From Candidatus Saccharimonadota bacterium (GTDB taxonomy: Bacteria > Patescibacteriota > Saccharimonadia > Saccharimonadales > JAGQNJ01), in the NCBI GenBank assembly GCA_020428405.1, contig JAGQMZ010000002.1, positions 33 to 64,032 on the forward strand: 64,000 bases of DNA, read 5' to 3'. The translations under genes were made by a program, and so were the position numbers. The notes under the pieces are model-generated. The model was not told where the DNA came from. It was given only the letters and a program-made list of their open reading frames with translations, and made no database searches. How positions within the stretch are numbered: position 1 is the stretch's first letter; each line of letters opens with the position of its first letter. Shown here one piece after another: positions 23,401 through 33,115 of this stretch.

Positions 23401-24447
23401 CTATACCAGAACGGCTCCGCTTACAGCATTACTTGCACCGTGCAGTAAAACTTCATTTCTTGCCACGTAACATCCTCCAACTGCTTCTGCACTTACTACT
23501 CCACTCTCACTACTTAGTAAAGTAAACACTCTTAGGATTGCATTAGTGCGATCCTCACTATTGACAATCTGAAAAGGAGGGAGGAACTCTTGAACAAGTG
23601 CTCCCTTATTTTGTTCGCAGTACTTACTAAGGTCACGTTTTAATCTGCTTGCAGTTACTGTCCTGGCCTTACCGTACCTCTCTCGGTCGCTTCTTGATAA
23701 ATATATACTAATACCCATTGCCATAGACCCAAGGCGTGACTTTACTACTTGTGATGAAAGATCTCCATTGAGATCAACAAGTAAATCATCTTCACTTTTT
23801 ACAGCCGTAAGTATACCTACTTTCTCAGCATACGTTTTGTCTCCTTCGGTAACAAGTGGTGCTACAGCTTGTTGCTGAAACTGTAAGTAGGGATCTCTTG
23901 ATGTTTTACTTCCAGGTATAGCTTTAACAATAACTGGTCCGTTAATTCTGAGATCTTCTGGAACATTGCCAATATTGATATATTTCGAGTCACCAACTAT
24001 TAAGCCATCATCAGTGCCGTGACCACGTTCATTAGAAATAATAACAGTGGGAGGAGAGTTCAGTAGCTCTTCATAGTGACCAAGTATCACATCTTTTATT
24101 CCTGCTCTTCCAATGCTTTTATGGATTATGTCGGTAATGCCCTGTCCTGAAGGACTATCTTCCATCTCATAGGGCAGCATTACTCCATTTTTTCCAATTG
24201 TGCAGTCTACCCTGGCAACCAGTGTGGGTATACCAAACATATTATATGCTTGTGTGTCTTCTGTTGTGTAATTTTCTGCAGCGCCAGACGCAAAGTCTTC
24301 AATTTGTTGCTTGTGTTCTTCGCTAAGTACAATTACATCGTTTGAAAATGGTGTTGACAGACCATCGTATAAATAAAGCTCACCATTTTGTGAGGCAAAG
24401 CTTATCGGGCCAGTTTCATTTAATCGTTGACTACTTATTTCTCTCAT
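23401..24447 (-). CDS. Hypothetical protein, possibly ATP-grasp-like ligase
   Basis: PVIVKAIPGSK..., ALVQEFLPP and a C-terminal GGCYVARNEVLLHGASNAVSG loosely resemble ATP-grasp strand motifs. Weak assignment. Ends 7 nt upstream of the M20 gene. Confidence 0.5.
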   Translation of the reverse strand: MREISSQRLNETGPISFASQNGELYLYDGLSTPFSNDVIVLSEEHKQQIEDFASGAAENYTTEDTQAYNMFGIPTLVARVDCTIGKNGVMLPYEMEDSPSGQGITDIIHKSIGRAGIKDVILGHYEELLNSPPTVIISNERGHGTDDGLIVGDSKYINIGNVPEDLRINGPVIVKAIPGSKTSRDPYLQFQQQAVAPLVTEGDKTYAEKVGILTAVKSEDDLLVDLNGDLSSQVVKSRLGSMAMGISIYLSRSDRERYGKARTVTASRLKRDLSKYCEQNKGALVQEFLPPFQIVNSEDRTNAILRVFTLLSSESGVVSAEAVGGCYVARNEVLLHGASNAVSGAVLV

Positions 24448-24470
24448 ATCTCTTTCTCGTTTCTTTAGGT

Positions 24471-24642
24471 AAAATTATAAAAACCGCCTAGTGGCGGTTA
24501 TGTATATTTATATCTTATAGAAAAACTAGGAATACAAAGTAGAACGCCACTTTCGCGGGTTATTATGCCAATGCCGATAATATGTGACTGTTTTATTTAC
24601 CATATCTGCACCAATATACACTTTAGATACTCTAGTTGTCAA
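24471..24642 (-). promoter_or_regulatory. Paralogous attenuator unit upstream of the ATP-grasp-like/M20 pair
   Basis: TTGACA (24637-24642), N18, TATATT (24613-24618), 25-codon ORF, identical box TAGAACGCCACT (24540-24551, plus strand). The box is exactly 57 nt from ACCGCC of the terminator, as in the trpS unit. Terminator is AACCGCC-acta-GGCGGTT (24482-24499) plus TTTTTAT. Confidence 0.5.
24526..24603 (-). CDS. 25-codon Trp/Tyr-rich leader or arrest peptide candidate (MVNKTVTYYRHWHNNPRKWRSTLYS)
   Basis: The ATG lies 9 nt after the -10. Paralog of 22205-22282, with mostly conservative replacements (L/V, R/K, I/V, F/H) and a synonymous Pro codon. Confidence 0.5.
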   Translation of the reverse strand: MVNKTVTYYRHWHNNPRKWRSTLYS

Positions 24643-24824
24643 CCTAATATCAAATTACCATCTTTATAAGTAGCTTTTTCAGCCTCTTCAATTTTACTAA
24701 GTTCACCCTGAAAGTAAACTTCTTCTAGTTCTGAAGGTTCGGGATCTGCAATAGTGGCGTCAACCTCAACACCCTGCAAAGTCATATCATAGATAGGGCC
24801 TTCAGTACTGTTTAATTGCTCCAT
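24639..24824 (-). CDS. Hypothetical small acidic protein (61 aa from the internal ATG)
   Basis: The track ORF 24639-24938 overlaps the rpsI 3' end, so the internal Met at 24824 is used. No SD and no family, so this is a weak call. Confidence 0.3.
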   Translation of the reverse strand: MEQLNSTEGPIYDMTLQGVEVDATIADPEPSELEEVYFQGELSKIEEAEKATYKDGNLILG

Positions 24825-24861
24825 AATATTAATAATATCATGGAAACTAATTGCAAAGATT

Positions 24862-25260
24862 TTAACGCTTTGTAAACTGTCGTTGCTTACGAGCACCCTT
24901 AAGGCCGAACTTCTTGCGTTCTTTCTCACGAGGGTCACGGCTAAGTAGATCAGCTCGTTTAAGAGTACTCTTGAGATCTGGATTCATAGCTGCTAGAGCT
25001 CTTGTAATGCCTAATCTAATAGCATCAACTTGGCTAGCATGACCACCACCGCTGACTTTTGCGCTAACATCGAATTTATTCACTTGGTCTAAAATTACAA
25101 AGGGTTGGTTTAATTCGTAAATAAATGTTTTACTTTCAGCAAAGTATTCTCCTACAGACTTATCATTAATTGTAATTTTGCCAGAACCAGACATTAATCT
25201 TACTCTTGCAGTTGAGCTTTTTCGTCTGCCTAGTGCGTAAAAATACTTATCTTTGGCCAT
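24862..25260 (-). CDS. rpsI: 30S ribosomal protein S9 (uS9)
   Basis: GRRKSSTARVRL...GGGHASQVDAIRLGITRAL...RDPREKERKK.GLKGARK.RQFTKR. Confidence 0.96.
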   Translation of the reverse strand: MAKDKYFYALGRRKSSTARVRLMSGSGKITINDKSVGEYFAESKTFIYELNQPFVILDQVNKFDVSAKVSGGGHASQVDAIRLGITRALAAMNPDLKSTLKRADLLSRDPREKERKKFGLKGARKQRQFTKR

Positions 25261-25697
25261 TATTTAATATCCTTTATTGAAATTGCATTAGGTTGCTGAG
25301 CATTATGATTATGATTTTCATCAGTATAAACTTTTAGTCTTTTCATGCGATCGGCACGTAGTTTATTTGGCGGAATCATTCCGTACACAGCTTTTTCTAT
25401 AACACGCGTGGAGTCTTTTTCAATCTGTTCCTTGTTAGTTGTCTGTTTGATTCCACCTGGGTAGCCAGTGTGTCTGTAATTTGGCTTCTCTAGTTTATTT
25501 CCGGTAAGAACAAGCTTATCGCTATTAATTACTACTACGTAGTCACCACAATCTATATGGTGGGTAAACATAGGCTTCTTTTTACCAGTAAGTAAATTAG
25601 CTACAACCGTAGAAATTCTGCCTAGAGAAGCTTCAGAAGCATCAATTACATACCATACGCGTTTAACGTCTGTTGGTTTTGCGCTGTAAGTACTCAT
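25260..25697 (-). CDS. rplM: 50S ribosomal protein L13 (uL13)
   Basis: VWYVIDASEASLGRISTVVANLLTGKKKPMFTHHIDCGDYVVVIN. Confidence 0.96.
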   Translation of the reverse strand: MSTYSAKPTDVKRVWYVIDASEASLGRISTVVANLLTGKKKPMFTHHIDCGDYVVVINSDKLVLTGNKLEKPNYRHTGYPGGIKQTTNKEQIEKDSTRVIEKAVYGMIPPNKLRADRMKRLKVYTDENHNHNAQQPNAISIKDIK

Positions 25698-26128
25698 TAT
25701 GCTTTCTCCTTAGCTTTCGGTGCTTGCTTTTCAGTAACTATAGATTTTACTTTCTGAGCTGGTTTTTTATCTGCATCTACAAATTCAATCTTAGAAAGCT
25801 GTGTATTATCGCCTCTACGCAGTTTTGTGTTTGTAATTCTTACGTAGCCACCGTTACGTAGTTGATATCTTTTGGCAATATCATCAAAAAGCTTATGCGC
25901 CGACTCTAAGGTGCTAAGACTACTTATAACTTGTCGTCTACTGTGTAGGTCACCTTTTTTAGCTTTGGTTATTAGTTTTTCAATAGCTGGTCTAACTTCC
26001 TTAGCTTTAGCTTGAGTCGTTTCTATTGATTCATTAATAATTAACGCCTCAAGAAGACTTTTTATTAAAGCAGAGCGTTGATCGCGTTCTCTTCCCAGTT
26101 TTCTTCCCTGGTAACCATGACGGTGCAT
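25697..26128 (-). CDS. rplQ: 50S ribosomal protein L17 (bL17)
   Basis: MHRHGYQGRKLGRERDQRSALIKSL...IETTQAKAKEVRP.IEKLIT. Confidence 0.95.
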   Translation of the reverse strand: MHRHGYQGRKLGRERDQRSALIKSLLEALIINESIETTQAKAKEVRPAIEKLITKAKKGDLHSRRQVISSLSTLESAHKLFDDIAKRYQLRNGGYVRITNTKLRRGDNTQLSKIEFVDADKKPAQKVKSIVTEKQAPKAKEKA

Positions 26129-26131
26129 TAT

Positions 26132-27067
26132 TTAAAGCTCCATCTCCGCCATTTTATCTTTAACTTCGTCTAAGGCTTTGGCGCCAAAACCTTTTAGGTC
26201 TCTGAGTTCTGCATCGTTTAAGCTAACTAAATCATGCAATGTGTGAATTTCATTATTTACTAAGGCATTCGTTGTACGTGCTGAGAAGTTTAAATCCTCT
26301 ACAGGAGTCATTAGTTCCGCAGTATCGTCTTCTGTCTCATCTTCGGCTCCTTCAGCGGATATACTGTCTGTATGTTCGATTCTTGTTTGGCCGGCAAGTG
26401 CTGTATATTGATTTATCAATATTGCAGATGCTTCTTCAAATGCCTCACGCGGCGTTATTGTGCCATCTGTGCTAATTGACAGAACCAATTTATCTAAATC
26501 TGTAATTTGCCCAACACGGGTATTTTCTACCTTGTACCGTACTCGTTTAACGGGGCTGAAGATTGCGTCGACTGCGATCATATCATTTGATTTTCTATGA
26601 GCAGTTTCGTCGACTGGCCTGTAGCCACGACCTGTTTCAACAGTTAATTCAATTTTTATGACACCTTTTGCATCATCAAGTGTAGCAATGACATGTTCTT
26701 TATTTACAACTTCTACGTCGGCAGTTGTTTCAATATCACCGGCAGTAACTTTTCCCTTACCTTTTTTATTTAATACAAGGGTCTGTGGCTCATCTGAGTA
26801 AACTTTAAACCTAATGCCTTTTAGTGCTAGCATGATATCAACAACGTCTTCTTTAACACCCGTAACAGTTGTAAATTCATGTGTTGCACCTTCTATCCTA
26901 AAAGCGGTCACAGCAGCACCAGCTATACTAGAAAGTAATACTCTTCTAAAACTATTGCCAAGTGTCATTCCATAACCAGTGTGAAGTGGCTCAATAGTAA
27001 GTGTAGCACTGTTGTCTGAGTGATCTTTGACACTTACTACACCTGGGGTATAAATATTTTTTGACAT
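26132..27067 (-). CDS. rpoA: DNA-directed RNA polymerase subunit alpha
   Basis: LTIEPLHTGYGMTLGNSFRRVLLSSI NTD, and a C-terminal HhH LNFSARTTNAL...LKGFGAKALDEV. Confidence 0.96.
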   Translation of the reverse strand: MSKNIYTPGVVSVKDHSDNSATLTIEPLHTGYGMTLGNSFRRVLLSSIAGAAVTAFRIEGATHEFTTVTGVKEDVVDIMLALKGIRFKVYSDEPQTLVLNKKGKGKVTAGDIETTADVEVVNKEHVIATLDDAKGVIKIELTVETGRGYRPVDETAHRKSNDMIAVDAIFSPVKRVRYKVENTRVGQITDLDKLVLSISTDGTITPREAFEEASAILINQYTALAGQTRIEHTDSISAEGAEDETEDDTAELMTPVEDLNFSARTTNALVNNEIHTLHDLVSLNDAELRDLKGFGAKALDEVKDKMAEMEL

Positions 27068-27082
27068 ACTCTTCTTGCCTCC

Positions 27083-27700
27083 TTAGCGTGAATAATACTC
27101 TATAATTAATTGTTCATTGATATCTGGCTCAACATCGTCGCGCGTTGGTAACGCCTTCACATCTATGACAAGTTTTTTACGATCGACTTTAAGCCATGTT
27201 GCCTCATTCTCCTGACCGCCCGGACTAACATCGTCAAGATTTGTGAAATAATGTGTTTTTTTACTGGATTCACGAACTGTTATATTATCGCCTTGGCTAA
27301 CTCTAATCGAAGGTATATCGACACGTCGGCCGTTAAGGTTAAAGTGGCCATGAGAAACTAACTGTCTTGCAGCACGCCTGCTAACAGCAAAGCCGCTCCT
27401 GTAAACTACATTATCAAGTCTTTGCTCCAAAAATAGAAGTAACTGAGTACCAGACTGACCTTTCTTTCGGCTAGCTTCCTGCATAAGCTTGCTAAACTGT
27501 CTTTCTAGTAGCCCGTATATTCTTTTAACTTTTTGTTTTTCTCTAAGTTGAATTGCGTACTGGCTTGCTTTGCTTCTGGAATTTCGCCCACCTTTCGTAG
27601 CAGGTGCTGCTTTTTTTGCGAGCGCTTTATGTGCTTTTGGATGAAGCGCATAACCTTCCCGTTTACTAAGCTTTACGACTGGTTGCAAATCTCTTGCCAC
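27083..27700 (-). CDS. rpsD: 30S ribosomal protein S4 (uS4)
   Basis: YAIQLREKQKVKRIYG..ERQF and the S4 domain RLDNVVYRSGFAVSRRAARQLVSHGH. Confidence 0.96.
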   Translation of the reverse strand: MARDLQPVVKLSKREGYALHPKAHKALAKKAAPATKGGRNSRSKASQYAIQLREKQKVKRIYGLLERQFSKLMQEASRKKGQSGTQLLLFLEQRLDNVVYRSGFAVSRRAARQLVSHGHFNLNGRRVDIPSIRVSQGDNITVRESSKKTHYFTNLDDVSPGGQENEATWLKVDRKKLVIDVKALPTRDDVEPDINEQLIIEYYSR

Positions 27701-27703
27701 GAT

Positions 27704-28114
27704 TTATACCCTTCTTGCCTTTCTGGGTCTTACTCCACCATGAGGTACACCTGTAACATCAATAATTTTATCAATAGATATATCTGAACTACCAACAGTT
27801 CTGATTACAGATTCTCGGCCTTGACCAATACCTTTCACATATATATCAACCTTTTTAATGCCAAATTGTTGTTTGGCTGTCTGAGTCGCTTTCTCTGCTG
27901 CGACCTGTGCTGCGTATGCCGTACCCTTTTTTGAGCCTCTAAAACCGCAGCTACCAGCACTAGCAAATGTTAAAACTGCACCTTTACTGTCAGCAAAGGT
28001 GACAATAGTATTATTAAATGATGCCAAAATATGAACTTGGCCATAAGGCACACTTCTCTTTGCTTTCTTCTTTTTTGATACTGGTTTTGTAACTAATGAT
28101 TCTACTTCTGCCAT
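27704..28114 (-). CDS. rpsK: 30S ribosomal protein S11 (uS11)
   Basis: GQVHILASFNNTIVTFADSKG...GFRGSKKGTAYAAQ...DVTGVPHGGVRPRKARR. Confidence 0.96.
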   Translation of the reverse strand: MAEVESLVTKPVSKKKKAKRSVPYGQVHILASFNNTIVTFADSKGAVLTFASAGSCGFRGSKKGTAYAAQVAAEKATQTAKQQFGIKKVDIYVKGIGQGRESVIRTVGSSDISIDKIIDVTGVPHGGVRPRKARRV

Positions 28115-28123
28115 AATTTAATC

Positions 28124-28510
28124 CTAGGTCTTAGCTGGAGCCTTCTTCTTGGTTCCCCCAACAGTAACTTTTTTACCACGTCTGGTTCTAGCATTTGTAC
28201 GAGTTCGCTGACCGCGAGAAGGTAAACTGCTTTTATGCCTGAAACCTCGGTAAGAGTTTATATCCTTTAGACGTTTAATATTAGCTGTTACTATTCTTTG
28301 AAGCTCGCCTTCAACTATATATTTGGAATTGATAACATCCTGAATTTTTGAAATCTCAGAATCTGTTAAGTCTTTTACGCGAGTTACTGGATCAATATTT
28401 GACTTTGTTAAAATATCCTTACTAGATGTCAAGCCAATACCATATACGTATGTAAGTGCTGTTTCAATCTGTTTATCATTAGGAATTGTAACGCCGGAAA
28501 TTCTTGCCAT
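28124..28510 (-). CDS. rpsM: 30S ribosomal protein S13 (uS13)
   Basis: [26 protein letters not shown]...[26 protein letters not shown]. Confidence 0.96.
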   Translation of the reverse strand: MARISGVTIPNDKQIETALTYVYGIGLTSSKDILTKSNIDPVTRVKDLTDSEISKIQDVINSKYIVEGELQRIVTANIKRLKDINSYRGFRHKSSLPSRGQRTRTNARTRRGKKVTVGGTKKKAPAKT

Positions 28511-28514
28511 CTAA

Positions 28515-28631
28515 CTAACCTTGTCTCTGCTTATGCTTTGGTTTAGATTTATTTATAACGTATATACGGCCCTTGCGACGCACAATCTTGTCGTCGGGGC
28601 TAATCTTTTTTACACTTGCACGCACTTTCAT
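28515..28631 (-). CDS. rpmJ: 50S ribosomal protein L36 (bL36); not in the ORF track (38 aa)
   Basis: My translation is [38 protein letters not shown]. Lies between infA and rpsM, the canonical position. Confidence 0.85.
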   Translation of the reverse strand: MKVRASVKKISPDDKIVRRKGRIYVINKSKPKHKQRQG

Positions 28632-28714
28632 CCCGTTTATTCTCCTTATAACAGGGTGGCCTATATAGCCTTAATGCGGATTACTAGCTGGAGCTAATAA
28701 CACACTGCTTATAT

Positions 28715-28936
28715 TTAAGTCTTGCGATACGTGATTCTGCCCTTAGTAAGGTCGTAAGGTGTCAACTCAACCGTAACGCTGTCGCCGGGCACAATTTTTA
28801 TATAATGCTTTCGCATTTTGCCAGCAACGTGAGCTATAATTTGATGGCCATTTTCGAGCTCGACTTTGAATTGTGTTCCCGGTAAGGTCTCAACAATTTT
28901 TCCACTTAACTCGATTACTTCTTTATTACCTGCCAT
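28715..28936 (-). CDS. infA: Translation initiation factor IF-1
   Basis: [64 protein letters not shown]. Confidence 0.97.
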   Translation of the reverse strand: MAGNKEVIELSGKIVETLPGTQFKVELENGHQIIAHVAGKMRKHYIKIVPGDSVTVELTPYDLTKGRITYRKT

Positions 28937-28996
28937 AAATATATAACAATATCAAATTGTATCAGATAACAACTACGCTGTAAAGTATATTATAGA

Positions 28997-30487
28997 TTAT
29001 TTTTGCTTTTTTCTTCGTCCAATTCTTAGTCGCCTACCACCAGTAGCGGCTTCTGCGGCATCAGATGACTCATATAAGTAGTCTGGTTGCTCGTAGGCAT
29101 CATAAGTTAACATCAATGCTTGAGATTCAATTTTTCTAAGAGTTTCAAGTGCTACAGCTACTAATATTAAGATACTTGTTCCCCCAATAGTAATATTTAT
29201 ATCGAGAAATGCTTGGCCAATTATTGGCATGATTGCAAGCAAGCCTAACGATAATGCACCAAATAGAGTTAATCTATTTACGGTTCTAGTTAGATATTTC
29301 TCAGTTTGTTTACCTGATCTAACACCTTCAAGAAATCCACCTTGCTTTTGAAGGTTCTCAGCAATTTCGTGTGAATCAAATTGGATATTTGTATAGAAGA
29401 ATGTAAACATGAATACTAACAAAAAATATACTATAGGGTAAATATAAGGTTGCCAACCACCTATTGAGAACGTTTGAGCGGTAGGTGTTTGAAACCACTG
29501 TACTAGTTGTCCACCAATTTCTTGTAGTCTCATACTGTCAGTTCCTTGTAAAATTTGTCCAATAAATTGTGGTGCACTCAAAAATGCTACCGCGAATATG
29601 ATCGGAATAACTCCAGCTGTTATAAGTTTAATCGGCAGTGTGGTTGTTACGCCGCCGTATAACCTATTACCTTTGACCCGTTTTGCATAATTAACTGTCA
29701 AGTTTCTGGAAGCTTCATTTAGTTTTACGACTAACACTGTAGTTAGCGTTACAATACCAAGTATTAAAAATGAATACCAAAACGCTTTTTCGTTTATTGG
29801 CAGTTCAAAACCAAATATTGTCCACCTTCCTTCTCCATCAAAAATACTATTTAACAGATTGCTTATAGTTGAAGGAAGTTGGCTGATAATGCCAATAGTA
29901 ATAATCAATGATATACCATTACCGATATTTTGCTCAGTTATAATTTCGCCTAGCCACATCAGAAGCATTGCTCCACCAGTTAAGGCACTAACCATTAGAA
30001 CCCATTGTGAAATTGATGCTGTGGCGGTTATATCCCCTAAGCCACCAATACTTGAAGCTACCTGTCTGACAAGATAGATTGAACCAATTGACTGAATGAT
30101 GGCTAGTGGCAGGGCAAGAATACGTGTATATTGATTGATCTTTTTTCTTCCAAATTCACCTTCTTTATTTAGTGCTTCAAGTTTCGGGATAGCTCTGGTT
30201 AATAGCTGCATTATGATAGAAGCATTAATATAGGGCCCCATACCGACTAGCATAATCGAAAAGTTAGCTAATGCGCCGCCTGATAGAATATCAACAAAAC
30301 CAAGTAGCTGGGAACTTTGTGCCGAATTAAAGAGTGTTTCAAGGATTTGTTTTAATGTTTCCCCGTTAGCAATTGGAATTGGGATATGAGCTAAAATTCT
30401 AAAAACTATAATAATTCCAAGAACCGCAAGAATTTTCTTACGCATTTCGGCATTCGATAGTGATTTAGCGATAGTCTTCCAACTCAT
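28997..30487 (-). CDS. secY: Preprotein translocase subunit SecY
   Basis: Ten-TM layout with [13 protein letters not shown] and [10 protein letters not shown] motifs. Located after rplO. Confidence 0.95.
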   Translation of the reverse strand: MSWKTIAKSLSNAEMRKKILAVLGIIIVFRILAHIPIPIANGETLKQILETLFNSAQSSQLLGFVDILSGGALANFSIMLVGMGPYINASIIMQLLTRAIPKLEALNKEGEFGRKKINQYTRILALPLAIIQSIGSIYLVRQVASSIGGLGDITATASISQWVLMVSALTGGAMLLMWLGEIITEQNIGNGISLIITIGIISQLPSTISNLLNSIFDGEGRWTIFGFELPINEKAFWYSFLILGIVTLTTVLVVKLNEASRNLTVNYAKRVKGNRLYGGVTTTLPIKLITAGVIPIIFAVAFLSAPQFIGQILQGTDSMRLQEIGGQLVQWFQTPTAQTFSIGGWQPYIYPIVYFLLVFMFTFFYTNIQFDSHEIAENLQKQGGFLEGVRSGKQTEKYLTRTVNRLTLFGALSLGLLAIMPIIGQAFLDINITIGGTSILILVAVALETLRKIESQALMLTYDAYEQPDYLYESSDAAEAATGGRRLRIGRRKKQK

Positions 30488-30536
30488 AAATACTTAATCA
30501 TTGTACCTTAGCTATAGTTAATAGACTAGTTCAGTC

Positions 30537-31004
30537 TTAATTTTTAGTGTTGTCTTTTTTTGTTCGTTTTGGAATATCAACTTTAATGAACGTACCACCG
30601 GCTTTTTCAATTGCCGAAATAGCAGATGCCGAAGCTGCTTGAAGTTTAATATTCAGTGCTTTTGAGACATTTCCGGTGTTGATAATTTTAACCTTAACGA
30701 ATTCTGTTGGAATAAGATTTGCTTCTGCAAGAATTTTATTATCAACATTTTTAGAGCTTGTAGGTAGTTCACTTAGCTTAACCTCATATATAGTTGGTCG
30801 GTGTGAAGTAAAGCCACGAAGCTTAGGCATACGTTGATTTAATGGGTTCTGGCCACCCTCAAAACCAATACGAACACCACCACCAGTTCTAGAATTCTGA
30901 CCTTTTGTACCACGGCCTGCTGTTTTACCTTTGCCAGCAGAAATTCCTCTACCAGCTCTAGTTCTATTCTTGTTTTTTACTACAGATAGTTCATTGTATT
31001 TCAT
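30537..31004 (-). CDS. rplO: 50S ribosomal protein L15 (uL15)
   Basis: RAGRGISAGKGKTAGRGTKGQNSRTGGGVRIGFEGGQNPL.QRMPKLRGF. Confidence 0.95.
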   Translation of the reverse strand: MKYNELSVVKNKNRTRAGRGISAGKGKTAGRGTKGQNSRTGGGVRIGFEGGQNPLNQRMPKLRGFTSHRPTIYEVKLSELPTSSKNVDNKILAEANLIPTEFVKVKIINTGNVSKALNIKLQAASASAISAIEKAGGTFIKVDIPKRTKKDNTKN

Positions 31005-31006
31005 AG

Positions 31007-31531
31007 TTAAGCCTTCTTAGCTTTCTTTGATTTTTTTGCGCCAACCCATTTACTTTGAGGTTGTAGCTGTTTTAAAGCCTCTACAGTAGCGTAAGCAATG
31101 TTAATTTTATTGCTTGAGCCTAAAGATTTAGATAGTGCATTTTTTACACCTGCAACTTCTAGTAGAATTCTAACTACACCACCAGCAATAAGACCAGTAC
31201 CTGAGCTTGCTGGTTTAATTAGAACATTAGCACCAGAAACTTTTGCTTGTACATCATGTGGAATTGTATCTTTATAGAGGCTTACCTTGACCATATTCTT
31301 TTTAGCTACGTCAGTCGCCTTAGAGATTGCCCCGGTTACATCTTGAGCTTTTGCAACACCAACACCAATGCTACCCTTGTGATCACCTACAACTACTAAA
31401 GCCCTAAATCTAAAGCGTCGACCGCCCTTAACAACTCTGGCTACACGGTCAATATGTACCATGCGTTCATCTAGAGTATTTTCTTTCTCTACATTCTTTT
31501 CTGCTTCTAGTTGTACTTTATCTAGTGCCAT
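31007..31531 (-). CDS. rpsE: 30S ribosomal protein S5 (uS5)
   Basis: VHIDRVARVVKGGRRFRFRALVVVGDHKGSIGVGVAKA. Confidence 0.96.
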   Translation of the reverse strand: MALDKVQLEAEKNVEKENTLDERMVHIDRVARVVKGGRRFRFRALVVVGDHKGSIGVGVAKAQDVTGAISKATDVAKKNMVKVSLYKDTIPHDVQAKVSGANVLIKPASSGTGLIAGGVVRILLEVAGVKNALSKSLGSSNKINIAYATVEALKQLQPQSKWVGAKKSKKAKKA

Positions 31532-31533
31532 AG

Positions 31534-31890
31534 TTAGAACTCCAATCCTGCTTTACGAGCTTCATCTGCAAAAGCTTTAATACGACCGTGGTAAAGCTTT
31601 CCGTTTCTGTCAAGAACAACTTGCTTAACTTTGGCTTTCTTAGCCTTCTCTGCAATGTCTTTTCCAACCAAAGCTGCGATTTCTGTCATATTCTTATCTT
31701 TTGATGAAAGTTTTTGTGAACTTGCACTAATGATTGTTGCATGGGTTTCATCATTAATAATCTGAGCTGATACATTTCTATTACTAATTGTCACCGTCAT
31801 GCGTGGACGTTCAGATGTACCCTTAACTACGTTACGAATACGAGTCTTTCGCCTTTGTTTGCTATCAACTTTTTTAATCAATCTATTCAT
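31534..31890 (-). CDS. rplR: 50S ribosomal protein L18 (uL18)
   Basis: RPRMTVTISNRNVSAQIIND...VVLDRNGKLYHGRIKAFADEARKAGLEF. Confidence 0.95.
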   Translation of the reverse strand: MNRLIKKVDSKQRRKTRIRNVVKGTSERPRMTVTISNRNVSAQIINDETHATIISASSQKLSSKDKNMTEIAALVGKDIAEKAKKAKVKQVVLDRNGKLYHGRIKAFADEARKAGLEF

Positions 31891-31892
31891 GT

Positions 31893-32432
31893 TTATTTAT
31901 CCTTTCCAGACTTACCGCTTTTTCGGATAATTCTTTCACCTTCATAGCGAATACCTTTGCCTTTATAGGGTTCTGGCTTTTTTAGGGCTCTAATTTCAGC
32001 TGCAACATGACCGACTAACTGTTTATCAATACCCGTAATAGTAATCGTATTCTGTTCAACAGTAGCAGTTATACCCTGAGGTAGCTCATAAATAACATCA
32101 TGAGATAAGCCTAAGTTCATTTTAAGTTGACTGCCTCCAAGAGAAACCCTGTAACCTACACCATGAAGTTCAAGTTTTTTTGAAAAACCATCTGTAACGC
32201 CAGTAACCATATTCTGAATTAACGTACGCATTAAACCATGGTTAGCTCGGTGTACGGGCTGATCATCTATACGTGCAACTTTTATCTCGCCTTCATTTTG
32301 CTCAATTTGAACGCCTAAAAGAATAGGTTCACTAAGATTACCCTTAGAACCTGCAACATTAACAGTAGTATCGTCTACAGTAATTGTCACACCACTTGGA
32401 ATTTTGATTGGTAGTTTTCCTATACGACTCAT
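31893..32432 (-). CDS. rplF: 50S ribosomal protein L6 (uL6)
   Basis: MSRIGKLPIKIPSGVTI...LELHGVGYRV...KKPEPYKGKGIRYEGE. Confidence 0.96.
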   Translation of the reverse strand: MSRIGKLPIKIPSGVTITVDDTTVNVAGSKGNLSEPILLGVQIEQNEGEIKVARIDDQPVHRANHGLMRTLIQNMVTGVTDGFSKKLELHGVGYRVSLGGSQLKMNLGLSHDVIYELPQGITATVEQNTITITGIDKQLVGHVAAEIRALKKPEPYKGKGIRYEGERIIRKSGKSGKDK

Positions 32433-32440
32433 ATTCTTCC

Positions 32441-32836
32441 TTAATAAACCTTACAAATTAATTCACCACCAACCCGTTTAGCTCTGGCTTCATCGCCAGT
32501 CATTACGCCTTGAGAGGTAGAAATTATTACAATTCCACGACCACGCTTAACAGTTGGAATACCTCTAACATTTACATATTGACGTCGGCCCGGTTTACTT
32601 AAACGCTTAATCTCGGTGATGCTAGGATTTTCTGATTCGCTACTTACTGTTAGAACAAGATGTTTTTCAATACCTTTACCATCTGTTTTCACAGATTTAA
32701 TATAATCATTTTGCTGAAGTAATTTTGCAACTGATTCCTTCATTTTTGAATAAGGAACAGACACTTCAGGCTTACGAACTAGGTTCGCATTTCTGATTCT
32801 TGTTAGCATATCTGAAATTGGATCTGTTGATACCAT
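32441..32836 (-). CDS. rpsH: 30S ribosomal protein S8 (uS8)
   Basis: DPISDMLTRIRNANLVRK...GIVIISTSQGVMTGDEARAKRVGGELICKV. Confidence 0.96.
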   Translation of the reverse strand: MVSTDPISDMLTRIRNANLVRKPEVSVPYSKMKESVAKLLQQNDYIKSVKTDGKGIEKHLVLTVSSESENPSITEIKRLSKPGRRQYVNVRGIPTVKRGRGIVIISTSQGVMTGDEARAKRVGGELICKVY

Positions 32837-32845
32837 AATTACTCC

Positions 32846-33115
32846 TTACCAGCTGGCCTTTGTTACACCAGGAATTTCACCCTTTGAGGCATGTTCCCTA
32901 AACGAAATTCGGCTTAAGCCAAATGTTCTCATGTAAGCGCGAGGTCGACCAGTCTCGACGCAACGGTTCTTCCATCTAGTCGGAGAAGAATTTCTTGGCA
33001 GTTTGTGAAGTGCATCGTAATCACCTGCAGCCTTCAATTCTGCACGCTTATCTGCATACTTCTTAATCATTTCTTGTCGTTTTTTGTCTCTTGCAACGAT
33101 TGATTTCTTAGCCAT
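32846..33115 (-). CDS. rpsN: 30S ribosomal protein S14 (uS14), long form
   Basis: [14 protein letters not shown]...[40 protein letters not shown]. Confidence 0.95.
   Translation of the reverse strand: MAKKSIVARDKKRQEMIKKYADKRAELKAAGDYDALHKLPRNSSPTRWKNRCVETGRPRAYMRTFGLSRISFREHASKGEIPGVTKASW

Noticed and set aside
24639-24824. The small acidic ORF as a LysW-like amino-group carrier or graspetide precursor for the adjacent ATP-grasp-like/M20 pair
   Set aside because: It has no Cys4 zinc ribbon and no C-terminal EDWGE-type tail, it lacks an SD, and it is separated from the pair by a promoter. The idea rests only on gene neighbourhood.
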